A program made the position numbers and the translations under genes. A stretch of DNA of 64,000 bases, taken from positions 2,528,001 through 2,592,000 of the forward strand of contig OY771587.1 in the NCBI GenBank assembly GCA_963674825.1, given 5' to 3'. The number at the start of each line of letters is the position of its first letter. The first letter of the stretch is position 1. Positions 1-10,087 of this stretch are shown here, piece after piece. The stretch comes from Candidatus Cloacimonadales bacterium. GTDB lineage: Bacteria; Cloacimonadota; Cloacimonadia; Cloacimonadales; JAIOQZ01. The notes below the pieces were generated by a model. That model did no database searches. It was given only the letters and a program-made list of their open reading frames with translations, and was not told the DNA's origin.

Positions 1-246
1 CGCCTTCCGGTTGATCTCTTTCAGATTGCCTTCTATTAGCCGATGTCGGTTTGCGCCGAAAGTATTCGTGCCGATAATCATGCTGCCGGCATCGACGTAC
101 GATTTCGCGATTGCCAGAACGCGATCCGGTTGCTGTATATTGGCTGTCTCCACGCAGCCGAGATCCAGCAATTGGTATCCCCAGCCACCATCCAGGAGAA
201 TAATCCGGTTTTCCTGTAGCAATTGCTCGAGTGTTGGTTTCTTCAT
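1..246 (-). CDS. Homocysteine S-methyltransferase family protein (MetH N-terminal-like), 5' part only, runs off the window
   Basis: Manual translation from ATG at 246: MKKPTLEQLLQENRIILLDGGWGYQL...YVDAGSMIIGTNTFGANR. The LLDGG.G and Y.DAG...I.TNTFGAN motifs are typical of the family. Not in the ORF track. Confidence 0.85.
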   Translation of the reverse strand, partial: MKKPTLEQLLQENRIILLDGGWGYQLLDLGCVETANIQQPDRVLAIAKSYVDAGSMIIGTNTFGANRHRLIEGNLKEINRKA

Positions 247-314
247 AAGTGCAGAGGAAATCATGCGCGGAAGATTGTCGAGAAAAACCAGTAGATATAA
301 CATTTTGAAGAAAT

Positions 315-343
315 AGAGAAACCCGTGCGTGACGGGTTTCTCT
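315..343 (-). terminator. Intrinsic terminator-like hairpin after the ABC permease-peptidase gene
   Basis: AGAGAAACCCGT-gcgtg-ACGGGTTTCTCT, a perfect 12-bp stem just downstream of the stop at 370. Confidence 0.7.
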
Positions 344-369
344 GGGGATTTTATGAGAGTTGGGGAGGT

Positions 370-3300
370 TTATTCAATTTCGATGAGATTATCGTCCGGC
401 TTGGGATCAATCAAGATGTGATAGGGATCGATACCGGCAAGGTCTGGTTTCTCATCGACGGTCAGAGTAATGCTGCCCTCGAGGTTACTGAGGAGCCTTT
501 TCTGCATAAAGATCGGGCGGCCGGGTTTGATACCGTCGCTGTCCGCGAATAGCGCAACATCGACCATTGTATCCATCGGCGTTATTGTTTTGCTTCCAAG
601 GCTGTCTGAAACAACTCTTTCAGCGCTGTACTGTAATGTAACCTGCCACTTTCCGTCATCGAGCTGTGTCGCTTCCACATTTGTCGCTTTGTTGTCGTAG
701 AGCACAATACGGCGGAAGAGGTCGTCCATTGTCGATTGTAGTGAATCAGGTGTTACGGCATCAAGCAGCGCCAGATATTCCAGCGAATTGGTGTAGGGAG
801 GTTCCTGGTAGCCAACCTGCCGAATGTATTCCTGCATCGTCTGGTTCACGACATCCTCTCCCAGGTAATCCTGTGCGGCGTACATGACCAAAGAACCCTT
901 GTTGTAGTGGATATACGCCTGGTTTTCCACCAGGTAGAGTGGCATCTCTTTTTTGCTTTCCGAGCCGCGTCCGTCCATATAGTCATCCAGCTCGTAGCGC
1001 AGGTATTTATCCATCTTGTCCGCGCCCAAGTGCTGCTTCATCACCATCATGGCGGTGTATTGAGCGAAGGCTTCCGCCATCATGACCGATCCCTGTACAT
1101 TACCGCCTATCACCTCATGAGCCCACCATTGGTGTCCCATCTCATGTGATGTGACGTAGAAGGGATAGTCGAGATCCTCGTCGCGCACATTGGCGATGAA
1201 ACCGATCGATTCAGAGAAGGGAATCAGCGTCGGGAACGACTGCGCGTAGCTGTGATAGCGCGGGAATTCTGCGATACGCACCACGCGATGTGGGTATGGA
1301 CTGAAGTTTTTGCTTCCGTACTCGAGCGTGGTCTTTATTCCGTCGATCATACGCTGTACGTTGTAGGGATGATGTTTGTCGTAATAGATCTCGATCGCGA
1401 CATCGTTCCAGTGATCGCGCTTGACCTCGTAGCGTGCCGACATCACCGGGAAATAGTAGAGGATTGGCATATCCATCTTGTACTCGAAATAGTGCCGGCC
1501 TTTCTCCATCCAGTCCATCTGAAGATAGCCCGGTGTAAGCGCTGTCTGGTCTGCTTCTGTGCCGATTACAGCATGGTAATCGATCCAGTCGCCGTCGTCC
1601 GAGACGTAGTTTGACATGCGAGCCTGTATGTCGTCAACATCGGCCATGCGTGGCTTGGGAGGAAGATCGAATTTTCGTCTCGATTTATCGGACGACAGCT
1701 CGTATCCTTCTTCGTAACCAAAGGACGGCAGCACCCGATCCATCGTGAAGAATGTTCCGTTGTATGTCAGGCTGGTTTCCGGACTGCCCTCTCTAAATCC
1801 CTTTTCTTGATAGGAGGCATCAAAGTGGAGTGTCATTTCCTCGCCGGGTTCGAGAGGCGGGTTCAGCTTGAAGATACGATAGCCGTATTTTTTATCGTAT
1901 ATCGCCATCTTATATTCGCGTGAGAGAGAAAGTTCGTTGATGTCCATCTCGGTGTTGATTGTCACGTGCAGTGAATCGATTGTAGCATCAGTTTTGTTTT
2001 TCAGGATCATATCGGCAACAAAATCAGCGTGATTCTCCGATGGGTACAAGTCGACATTCCAGTCCAGTGCGATGACTTTCGGCTGCGGAACGCCACGGAA
2101 CTTGCCGTAATTCTGTTCGTACTCGAACGCGTCTTTCTGATCCTGGCGTGAAGTGGAAAAGTCGTTCAGGATACAGGTGTTGTAGTAAATCCAGCTACCG
2201 GAAAGGATGAACATAGCCAGCAGTGTGGCTGTCGCCCAGCGAAGTTTGCCCTGAAAGCGTCCCGCGGCTACTTTCAGCCGGTTTTTAACATTGTCATCGG
2301 TTCCGCGTACGAAAAACAAGTAGGATATGATTATCATGATGCTCATTGCGATGAGCCAGTGGATCTTGTAACTGAAGTAACCGGGAAGGAATTCGCCGAA
2401 ACCGTTCATATCTGAGTAGGTCAGCCTCGGTGTGCGTCCATAAGCCCATAGTTTGTGCTCAAGCCCGAATTGCGGCATATAGCTGAGCAGCATGTAAACA
2501 GCCAGCACCACCAGATGCGCGACGAATTTGCGGTTGATCAGTATGTGGATCAGAAAGACCATCGACGCTAGCGTGATAAAAGTAAGAAGCTCCAGCGAGA
2601 AAAACTCTGCGTAGAGCGCGAAATTGATCTCGAAGTATCCGCGAAATACCTGCGCGCCGAGTCCGACAAGTGATATCATGATCCACAGCACGACCGGGAT
2701 TACGATGACCGCGATCATCTTGGAAAATAGATAGACACCGGTTTGTACAGGCTGTGAATCGATGAGCAGGTGCATGTTGTGCTCTCGATCGCGCCAGAGG
2801 AGTTCGCCTGTATAGATTGTTAGCAGCACGATCCCCACGAACATGAAAAGCTCGCGAAGTACGCCGATAATCATGTAGGTGACAGGCAACATCGGCGTTC
2901 CGTAGATTGACCCAGTATAGATCACACTCTGGATGAAGAGGAACGCTCCCGCGATGCTGATCACGATAAACCCGGAGCTGCGCATAATGGTCTTAGCTTC
3001 CATCTTGGCAAAGCTGAAGGTCTGCTGGATTGTGTTCCAGAAGGTGAATGTCCTGCTGGGATGGGGAAGAGGAATATCGGTGGAAATCGCGGCTTCAGTT
3101 TGCACTGCCTGATTCTTCTTTGATGAAGCCGTGGTCATGGAAAAACGGAAGTAGGATATTGCCAGGAGCGCTACGGAGAAGGCCAGCCAGACCAGCCTGT
3201 TGATCAGGTAAATCCCGCTGAAGGTCAGGTACCGTGTGTTCTGCTCCGCGACAGACCAGTACTCGGTCATGCGGACCATCGTACTGAAGCCAAAGGGATC

Positions 3301-3966
3301 GAGAATTGCAGCGATATCTTTGGTATCCAATGTCGCTTCCATCAGGTTAATACCGATCAGGTATGCGATGAAAAGTACGATTCCGCCTACATAAACAGGC
3401 ATCATCTTTTTACGCCAGACCACCAGCGCGAAGAAGATTGCACCGGTTGTCAGAACATTGGGAATCACGCTGATGTAATATGGATTCAGGAACGCGAGCA
3501 GATTGAATTGTCCGAACGCTTCCTTGTCCAAACCAGGAAATAGCATCGCGATTCCGAATCCGAATCCGATACCAGTCATGATGAAAGACGATACCAGGAG
3601 ATTCGCGGTAAAACGGCCCATGAGGAGGCTGAAACGCGAGATGGGCTTGGAGAAAAATAGCGGGAAGCTACGTCGTTCATAATCGCGATAGAGAGCATTG
3701 CCCATAAGCGACGCCGTGATAAACAGGCCGAATAGACTCAAGATGCTGGTGATCATCGACATAAAGAAGGGGCTGTTGAGGTGAAGTTTGTCCCCAGTAG
3801 CCGATATCTGGACAGTGATCGCACCGAATTTACCTGCTGCCGAGAGCATGACCATCAGGCCGATAGCCAGCATCACAAGGAAGAAAACCCAGGTGTTACG
3901 CGCCTTGAAGCGGTAGGCGAGTTCGAATCGGAAGATTTCAGCGAAACCTGCTAAGGAATTTTTCAT
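370..3966 (-). CDS. ABC-2 type permease fused to an M1-family zinc aminopeptidase domain
   Basis: N-terminal ~590 aa with two multi-TM ABC-2 permease halves. C-terminal soluble domain with HEMGH(x18)E (SHEMGHQWW...MAEAFAQY) and YNKGSLVM. Confidence 0.85.
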   Translation of the reverse strand: MKNSLAGFAEIFRFELAYRFKARNTWVFFLVMLAIGLMVMLSAAGKFGAITVQISATGDKLHLNSPFFMSMITSILSLFGLFITASLMGNALYRDYERRSFPLFFSKPISRFSLLMGRFTANLLVSSFIMTGIGFGFGIAMLFPGLDKEAFGQFNLLAFLNPYYISVIPNVLTTGAIFFALVVWRKKMMPVYVGGIVLFIAYLIGINLMEATLDTKDIAAILDPFGFSTMVRMTEYWSVAEQNTRYLTFSGIYLINRLVWLAFSVALLAISYFRFSMTTASSKKNQAVQTEAAISTDIPLPHPSRTFTFWNTIQQTFSFAKMEAKTIMRSSGFIVISIAGAFLFIQSVIYTGSIYGTPMLPVTYMIIGVLRELFMFVGIVLLTIYTGELLWRDREHNMHLLIDSQPVQTGVYLFSKMIAVIVIPVVLWIMISLVGLGAQVFRGYFEINFALYAEFFSLELLTFITLASMVFLIHILINRKFVAHLVVLAVYMLLSYMPQFGLEHKLWAYGRTPRLTYSDMNGFGEFLPGYFSYKIHWLIAMSIMIIISYLFFVRGTDDNVKNRLKVAAGRFQGKLRWATATLLAMFILSGSWIYYNTCILNDFSTSRQDQKDAFEYEQNYGKFRGVPQPKVIALDWNVDLYPSENHADFVADMILKNKTDATIDSLHVTINTEMDINELSLSREYKMAIYDKKYGYRIFKLNPPLEPGEEMTLHFDASYQEKGFREGSPETSLTYNGTFFTMDRVLPSFGYEEGYELSSDKSRRKFDLPPKPRMADVDDIQARMSNYVSDDGDWIDYHAVIGTEADQTALTPGYLQMDWMEKGRHYFEYKMDMPILYYFPVMSARYEVKRDHWNDVAIEIYYDKHHPYNVQRMIDGIKTTLEYGSKNFSPYPHRVVRIAEFPRYHSYAQSFPTLIPFSESIGFIANVRDEDLDYPFYVTSHEMGHQWWAHEVIGGNVQGSVMMAEAFAQYTAMMVMKQHLGADKMDKYLRYELDDYMDGRGSESKKEMPLYLVENQAYIHYNKGSLVMYAAQDYLGEDVVNQTMQEYIRQVGYQEPPYTNSLEYLALLDAVTPDSLQSTMDDLFRRIVLYDNKATNVEATQLDDGKWQVTLQYSAERVVSDSLGSKTITPMDTMVDVALFADSDGIKPGRPIFMQKRLLSNLEGSITLTVDEKPDLAGIDPYHILIDPKPDDNLIEIE

Positions 3967-3974
3967 GGTGACTC

Positions 3975-4856
3975 CTATACGATCTCGCTGGTGGGGATGG
4001 TGTGGAAATATACATCTTCCAGCGTTGGCTCCGTCTCCACGAATCCGTCGCCGGGATGCTCTTCCGAATATGCGTGCAGCAGCAGATGACCGCCGTACAG
4101 CCGGTGCGAGATAACCTGATATCGATCCTGGAACGCTGCCAGATCATCCTTGTCGATCTCGACGCGCCAGATTTTACCCTGAAGCTTCTCTACTGAATCG
4201 TGTGGTCTTTCCACCAGTACTACCTGGCCTTTGTGAATAATGGCCATTTCCTGGCAGAGGTTGCGCACATCATCCACGATGTGCGTGGAGAGGATCACGA
4301 TCATGTTTTCGCCCAGCTCGGATAGCAGGTTGTGGAAGTGATTACGCTCTTTAGGGTCGAGTCCCGCGGTGGGTTCGTCTACGATCAGTAGTTCAGGTGA
4401 ACCGAGTAGAGACTGCGCGATGCCGAATCGCTGTTTCATACCACCGGAATATTCCCCTAGCTTTTTCCTGCGATGCTCCCACAGGTTGGTTTTCTTGAGC
4501 AGCGTTTCAACAGTATCCTTGCGCTCACCTCGATTGGATATCCCCTTGAGAACCGCGAAATGATCGAGGAGGTTGAGTGCGGTGACTTTGGGGTAGAAAT
4601 CAAATTCTTGCGGCAGAAAGCCGAGGATTTTTCGCACTTCATGTTTGTCCTTCAGCACGTCGATTCCGTTGAAGTTAATGGTGCCTTCATCTGCTTCCTG
4701 CAGTGTTGCGATGGTGCGCATGAGCGTGGATTTTCCAGCTCCGTTGGGACCGAGTAGCCCGAACATGCCAGGCTTGATGGTGAGGGATACACCCTTGAGC
4801 GCATGGACGCCGTTGGCGTAAGTCTTACTTAATTTATCGATTACGAGTTCCTTCAT
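3975..4856 (-). CDS. ABC transporter ATP-binding protein
   Basis: Walker A GPNGAGKST, signature YSGGMKQR, Walker B LLIVDEPT. Start moved to MKELVID (ATG 4856), which follows GGAGGT. Confidence 0.92.
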   Translation of the reverse strand: MKELVIDKLSKTYANGVHALKGVSLTIKPGMFGLLGPNGAGKSTLMRTIATLQEADEGTINFNGIDVLKDKHEVRKILGFLPQEFDFYPKVTALNLLDHFAVLKGISNRGERKDTVETLLKKTNLWEHRRKKLGEYSGGMKQRFGIAQSLLGSPELLIVDEPTAGLDPKERNHFHNLLSELGENMIVILSTHIVDDVRNLCQEMAIIHKGQVVLVERPHDSVEKLQGKIWRVEIDKDDLAAFQDRYQVISHRLYGGHLLLHAYSEEHPGDGFVETEPTLEDVYFHTIPTSEIV

Positions 4857-5125
4857 GAGTACCTCCAATGCAGCAGTTTTAGTGTATGGGTCAACCATTA
4901 CACCACAACTCTTAATGTCAACACAATTCTTGAAATTTATAGATGTTAAGGATCGTGTGCTTTTTTTTAGATCAACATAATGTATTGCGCAGCAATGACA
5001 AAGACGAAGTCGAATCGGCTTCATACATTATTCTTGATCTCTCATTAATACAAAATACTTGGCAGGTGGGAATTCGAAGATAGATTTTTTTTATTGGCAA
5101 AATAAAATACAATCGGAGGATTTTC

Positions 5126-7396
5126 ATGAAAAGATTGCTTAGTGTGTTTATAATCATGTTTCTTCTTGGCTGCATCCTATACGCAGACTGGAATGAACAG
5201 AAGCTGGTTTCCAGCGATTTGGAGTTATACGACGGTTTTGGGTATGATGTCGCGATAGACGGCAACTTCGCAGTCGTTGGGGCATACAATGAGGGCGCGG
5301 ATTGGTCAGCTTATGGAGCTGCATACGTGTTCCAGAAAGTCGATGGTTCATGGACGCAGATGCAAAAATTAACTGCTTATGATGCTGATCTATACGACAT
5401 GATGGGATATGCCGTTGCCATTTCTGGTGACTATATCGCTGTCTCATGCTATATGGACGACGACAACGGGACAGATTCCGGTTCCGTGTATATTTTTCAT
5501 TTCAATGGATCTACTTGGGTATTTCACCAGAAACTGATCGGTACGGAGGTTGACGCCGGAGACCAGTTCGGTAATAGTTTATCGATGAATGGTAGTTATC
5601 TTGTCGTTGGCGCATTTGCTGATGCTACCGGTGGGACGAACATGGGTGCGGCTTATATCTTTGCTTTAAACGGTACGATCTGGACCCAGACAAACCGATT
5701 GACCGCATACGACGGAGAAGCCGGGGACAACTACGGCGTTGACGTTGGTATCGATGGCGACACGATAATAATTGGTTCTTCTGGCGATGATGATGTCGCA
5801 ATCACGGCTGGTGCCGCATATGTGTATATCAATTCAGGAAGGGGTTGGAACTTTCAGACAAAGATTCTACCGGTTGGGCTTGGATACAACAGTGCATTTG
5901 GCAAAAAACTGAGCTTATCCGGCGATTTTGCAGCCTTCGGTATTGATACAGATGACACATATGCGATAAATGCCGGTTCTGTACATATCTGGCATCGAAA
6001 CGGTACCGCTTGGAGTCACTATGCAGTTCTGTATGCGGATGTTCCAGGAGAAAGCTACAATTTCGGTTCCGATGTAGCGATCGATGGTAATTATCTCGTC
6101 GTGGGTGAATGGGAAGATGAACTAGAAGGTACATTATCCGGTTCTGCGTTTATTTTCAACTACAACAACTCACAATGGACACAGGTAAAGAAATTATACT
6201 CTGCGGATGGATCATACAATTCATGCTTCGGGTATGCTGTTGCTATAAGTGACAAAAGCGTCCTCATCGGGGCATTTGGTCAGACGACCGGAACACTAGA
6301 ATATTCCGGTGCTGCATATGCATACGAAGGGCCAGCTGCCGGTACCGGCAATGACAGTGGAACGCCTGGTGATGACGAATCGCTTCAGGTCAATGTCGAG
6401 CCGCTTGATGCCTACGACTACGACGGTGGTGGTGCGGTGGTGGTCGATCCCAATGTCGATATCAATCCGGACGAACCCGGCGCAACAATCACTGTAGATA
6501 TTGTCGTTACAATCGGAAACAATGACGTGTATGTCCCTGTGAATGCTTGCCTTACATATGATGTGTCCGTCTTTGGCACGAATCAGCAGGTTGAGGTTGT
6601 TCTTCATTTTGACGGGCTGCCTTTTGCCCCGGATGAACTGGTTTGGGATAATGAAGGAACCTGGCAGACGGTAAGCGGTGTAACCTGGGATTATCTCGCG
6701 GAAACTGCGACCTTCTACTGGACGTTCGTCGGCCCGATTCGAGATGGTGCGGAAACTTTCGTTATGAACGAAGGCGATGGCTCTACTTTGCCAGTGGAAT
6801 TGAGCAGCTTCATGGCGAGTGTGACCAACAGCAACACCGTTATGATTGAGTGGACAACCCAGTCAGAATCGGATATGATGGGTTATTATATCATGCGTAG
6901 CGATCATGATGATATCGAAGAAGCAAGCTTCCTCAATTCCTCGCTCATTCCAGCTCAGAATAGCAGCATGCAGACCGATTATCAGTTCGAAGATATCGAA
7001 GTTACAGCCAACCAGACCTATCGCTACTGGTTGCAATCGATCGATTACAGTGGCTCAGTGAGTTTCTTTGGTCCGGTTATCTGCACGGTGACACCGGGAG
7101 AGGAAGATCCTGACGCTCCGGATGTCGAGATGATTACAAGCCTTCGTGGCAATTTCCCGAATCCTTTCAATCCCAGCACCACGGTTAGTTTCAGCCTTGC
7201 AAAAGACTGTGACGTAACGATCGATGTATTCAACGTTCGTGGTCAGAAGGTTGAAACGCTTGCTTATAACGCTCCAATGGCAGCCGGAGACCATAGTATT
7301 CTGTGGGATGCTGTCGATATGGGAAGTGGTGTTTACTATGTGCGACTAACCGTAGCTGGAGAAACGTTCATCCATAAAATGATGCTGATTAAATAG
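5126..7396 (+). CDS. Secreted FG-GAP-repeat beta-propeller protein with T9SS type-A/FlgD-Ig C-terminal domain
   Basis: Signal peptide; about 7 repeats of FGxxVAIxG..VVGA...GAAYVF; LPVELSSF motif; ends NFPNPFNPST...SGVYYVRL...KMMLIK. Confidence 0.88.
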   Translation: MKRLLSVFIIMFLLGCILYADWNEQKLVSSDLELYDGFGYDVAIDGNFAVVGAYNEGADWSAYGAAYVFQKVDGSWTQMQKLTAYDADLYDMMGYAVAISGDYIAVSCYMDDDNGTDSGSVYIFHFNGSTWVFHQKLIGTEVDAGDQFGNSLSMNGSYLVVGAFADATGGTNMGAAYIFALNGTIWTQTNRLTAYDGEAGDNYGVDVGIDGDTIIIGSSGDDDVAITAGAAYVYINSGRGWNFQTKILPVGLGYNSAFGKKLSLSGDFAAFGIDTDDTYAINAGSVHIWHRNGTAWSHYAVLYADVPGESYNFGSDVAIDGNYLVVGEWEDELEGTLSGSAFIFNYNNSQWTQVKKLYSADGSYNSCFGYAVAISDKSVLIGAFGQTTGTLEYSGAAYAYEGPAAGTGNDSGTPGDDESLQVNVEPLDAYDYDGGGAVVVDPNVDINPDEPGATITVDIVVTIGNNDVYVPVNACLTYDVSVFGTNQQVEVVLHFDGLPFAPDELVWDNEGTWQTVSGVTWDYLAETATFYWTFVGPIRDGAETFVMNEGDGSTLPVELSSFMASVTNSNTVMIEWTTQSESDMMGYYIMRSDHDDIEEASFLNSSLIPAQNSSMQTDYQFEDIEVTANQTYRYWLQSIDYSGSVSFFGPVICTVTPGEEDPDAPDVEMITSLRGNFPNPFNPSTTVSFSLAKDCDVTIDVFNVRGQKVETLAYNAPMAAGDHSILWDAVDMGSGVYYVRLTVAGETFIHKMMLIK

Positions 7397-7429
7397 GCCA
7401 GCTAAGCTGAGCTTATAGAGCTACATTGG

Positions 7430-7460
7430 AAAGCCGGAAGTTTTTGCTTCCGGCTTTTAT
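7430..7460. terminator. Bidirectional intrinsic terminator
   Basis: AAAGCCGGAAG-tttttg-CTTCCGGCTTT followed by T-rich sequence, between convergent genes. Confidence 0.75.
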
Positions 7461-7517
7461 TATTCTCGCCTGAGAATGGTTGAGGAGTCTGCGGCGAATC
7501 AGAATTTCTGTTTTGTT

Positions 7518-7735
7518 CTACGATATTCGATAATATACAGCCGTGGAAGATTGCAACGGCTTACTGCATTTAGTGTGGATTTTTACCTCGAAAGGGCAGT
7601 TCTTCTCAATGGCACCACAATCGATGCAGTTGCTGGCATTGCTTTCCAGTTCGAGATAGTGCTGCTTCGCCAAGTTGTCTCCAACTTGAAAGAGGCCCAG
7701 GAACTTATGCACAATGGCGATCTCTTTTATGGTCA
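7518..7735 (-). pseudogene. Remnant of the C-terminal 4Fe-4S domain of an aldo/keto reductase
   Basis: IAIVHKFLGLFQVGDNLAKQHYLELESNASNCIDCGAIEKNCPFEVKI. The CxxCxxCxxxCP motif has its third Cys replaced by Ile, a frameshift/stop follows, and the catalytic barrel is absent. Confidence 0.55.
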
Positions 7736-7737
7736 TT

Positions 7738-8748
7738 TCAATCATCGAGTCTGATAAGTGTGTAATTCTGTGTTCCAAGGCCGAGTTGTTCGCTGTAATC
7801 GAGTTGATGATTGCCACTGACGTTATTTACGTCTAAAAAGGCGTCTTGGGTTTTAGCCGCTTCATTGACCATATCCAGGCTTGCTTTGTCGATTGACACA
7901 GGGTCGGTGGAGGCCATGATGCCGATATCGTGCACGAAAGGATCATGCGGATGCCCGAAGCAATCGCAGTCTTTCGATATATTGTTGATGAAGTTGATAT
8001 AGACCATGTTTGCGTTGTCCGCTACGCTTTTTGCGTACTCGGAGAGCTTCTCCATGAATAACTCTTTTTCCTCTTTGCGATCAGCCATTCTGAAGCATCC
8101 CTGGGGGCAGGCTGAAATGCACTTACCGCAGCCCACGCATTCAGCCGGATGTACACGTAACGGGTTAAGTGTGATTGCATCCGCAGCACAGCTCTCCAGG
8201 CACAGACCACAACTGATACAATTTTCAGGAGTTGTCTGCGGATAGTGTGAGCGATGCATGGCGTTCTTTCCCGAGCGGGAGGCCATTCCCATGGAGATGT
8301 TCTTGATAGCTCCTCCGAAGCCCGACATGACATGCCCTTTGAAATGAGTGCATACGATGTATGTGTCATAATCGTTTAAATGGGTTCCAACCCAGGCTTC
8401 ATTGATATGGCTGAAGCTGACTTCGAGGGGCATCTCGCCTTCGCTGTCGAGGATGTCGATCGGTGCGTAATCGAATCCGTGCTCTTTAGCCAGCGCGATG
8501 TGGCTTTCGGTCTTCTGGCGTCTTCCGGGGTAGATAATGTTCGTCTCGACAAACGTCGCGTTGGTCTGTCGCTGTAATTCTTTCAGAAAATCCGGCCGGA
8601 TATGATAGTGGTTACCATCTTCGCCGAAGTGAAGTTTGATGCCGACTTTGCCGGTAATGCTTTCGTTGATTTTCTCATATAACCGCATAACGGCTTCTGG
8701 ACTGAACTCGCGAGTAAAGTAAACGATTGCAGCGCGTTGCTCTTTCAT
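7738..8748 (-). CDS. DUF362 domain Fe-S protein with 2x[4Fe-4S] ferredoxin insert (cytoplasmic copy)
   Basis: KVGIKLHFGE, HFKGH..SGFGGAIKNISMG, CISCGLCLESC, CVGCGKCISACP, DCDC, ASTDPVSID. Start at MKEQRAA after GGAAGG. Confidence 0.85.
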   Translation of the reverse strand: MKEQRAAIVYFTREFSPEAVMRLYEKINESITGKVGIKLHFGEDGNHYHIRPDFLKELQRQTNATFVETNIIYPGRRQKTESHIALAKEHGFDYAPIDILDSEGEMPLEVSFSHINEAWVGTHLNDYDTYIVCTHFKGHVMSGFGGAIKNISMGMASRSGKNAMHRSHYPQTTPENCISCGLCLESCAADAITLNPLRVHPAECVGCGKCISACPQGCFRMADRKEEKELFMEKLSEYAKSVADNANMVYINFINNISKDCDCFGHPHDPFVHDIGIMASTDPVSIDKASLDMVNEAAKTQDAFLDVNNVSGNHQLDYSEQLGLGTQNYTLIRLDD

Positions 8749-8804
8749 ACTACCTTCCTGATAGGCTTGTGATGTGCGTTTAAAATCCATATGTGCCGGC
8801 ATGG

Positions 8805-9932
8805 CTATTTATTGAGCTCTACCAGCGTGTATTGCTGCGTTCCCAGCCCGATTTTCTCACCGTAAGTAAGTTGGTGGTTTCCACTCACACGATTGACTTT
8901 CAAGAATGCGTCATCGGAACCGACTGCTTTATTTACCATGTCGAGGCAAGCCTTATCAAGCGCAACAGGATCGGTCGATGCCAGAATGCCGATGTCGTGA
9001 ACGAAAGGATCGTGCGGATGTGAGGAGCAGTCGCAATCGGGGGAGACGTTGTTGATAAAATTGATGTAGACCATGTTGGTGTTTTCAGATATCCCTTTGG
9101 CGTATTCGGAGAGTTTTTCCATGAAGTACAGGCTGCCTTTCTGATCTGCGACAGCAAAGCATTTTTGCGGGCAAACCGCGATGCATTTACCACAGCCCAC
9201 ACAGGCAGATGGCTTGACTCTTAGAGGATCCAGCGTGATGGCGTTGGTGGCACAGTTTTGCACGCAAAGGCCGCAATTGATACACTTTTCGGGATCTGTG
9301 AGCGGGTAGTGCGAGCGATGCATGGCTGTTTTACCGGAGAGCGATCCCATTCCCATGGAAATGTTCTTGATCGCGCCACCGAATCCCGCCATCATGTGTC
9401 CCTTGAAGTGGGAGACCATGATATAGGTATCGTAGTTGCTGAAGTGTGTGCCGACCCATACTTCGTTGAAGTGATTCATATCGGTGCGCACAGCCATCTC
9501 GCCTTCGCTGTCGAGAATGTCGATCGGTGCGTAACCGAATCCGTGTTCCTTGGCGAGCTCAATATGGCTGTCCGCCGATTGCCGTGGTCCCGGGTAGAGT
9601 GTGTTGGTCTCGACGAATGTGGCGTTGGTCTTCTGCTGGAGTGCTTTTAGAAGTTCCGGGCGAACATAGTACTTATTACCGTCTTCACCGAAATGAACCT
9701 TGATGCCTACTTTGCCTGTCACGTTTCCATTGATCTTCTCATAGAGTCGCATGACACCCTCGGAGCTGATGTCGCTGGTGAAGTAAACAATTGCCGGCTT
9801 TTGCTCTTTTACAGGTTCCTTCTGAAATGCGCTGAGATTGACGATATGGAAAAGCCCGATTGCGAAGCAGACCGATAGTACGATCCAGAATGCGGGTCGG
9901 TGATAAAGATTTTGCACAAAACGAAGACGCAT
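8805..9932 (-). CDS. DUF362 domain Fe-S protein with N-terminal hydrophobic anchor or signal (paralog of 7738-8748)
   Basis: Same motifs as its neighbour, plus an extra N-terminal segment FWIVLSVCFAIGLFHIVNLSA. ATG 9932 follows GGAGGAG. Confidence 0.85.
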   Translation of the reverse strand: MRLRFVQNLYHRPAFWIVLSVCFAIGLFHIVNLSAFQKEPVKEQKPAIVYFTSDISSEGVMRLYEKINGNVTGKVGIKVHFGEDGNKYYVRPELLKALQQKTNATFVETNTLYPGPRQSADSHIELAKEHGFGYAPIDILDSEGEMAVRTDMNHFNEVWVGTHFSNYDTYIMVSHFKGHMMAGFGGAIKNISMGMGSLSGKTAMHRSHYPLTDPEKCINCGLCVQNCATNAITLDPLRVKPSACVGCGKCIAVCPQKCFAVADQKGSLYFMEKLSEYAKGISENTNMVYINFINNVSPDCDCSSHPHDPFVHDIGILASTDPVALDKACLDMVNKAVGSDDAFLKVNRVSGNHQLTYGEKIGLGTQQYTLVELNK

Positions 9933-10066
9933 AACTCCTCCCGGTATTGTTGTTGATTCTGTGAACTGATCTGAAGCCATTGATCGATAACGTTCTGAGC
10001 GTTGATACTGTAGAGAACGATGGCAACAGCGATAACAGCAAGTGCGCTGAGAATGATTTTTTTCAT
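9809..10066 (-). other. Short signal-peptide-bearing ORF, probably a truncated gene
   Basis: MKKIILSALAVIAVAIVLYSINA after AGGGG. The tail runs out of frame over the next gene's start. Confidence 0.35.
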
Positions 10067-10087
10067 TGATCAGGCCCCTTCTGCTAA

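Noticed and set aside
11..316. Plus-strand 101-aa ORF
   Set aside because: Antisense to the real minus-strand methyltransferase gene.
247..369. SAM or cobalamin riboswitch before the homocysteine methyltransferase
   Set aside because: The region is short, is mostly explained by a terminator, and has no recognisable aptamer motif. metK is operon-internal with no leader.
4857..5024. Long N-terminal extensions in the ORF track (also for the 16869, 20352, 30165, 40536, 45250, 55471 and 59054 ORFs)
   Set aside because: Better SD-supported downstream starts match the family N-termini or signal peptides.
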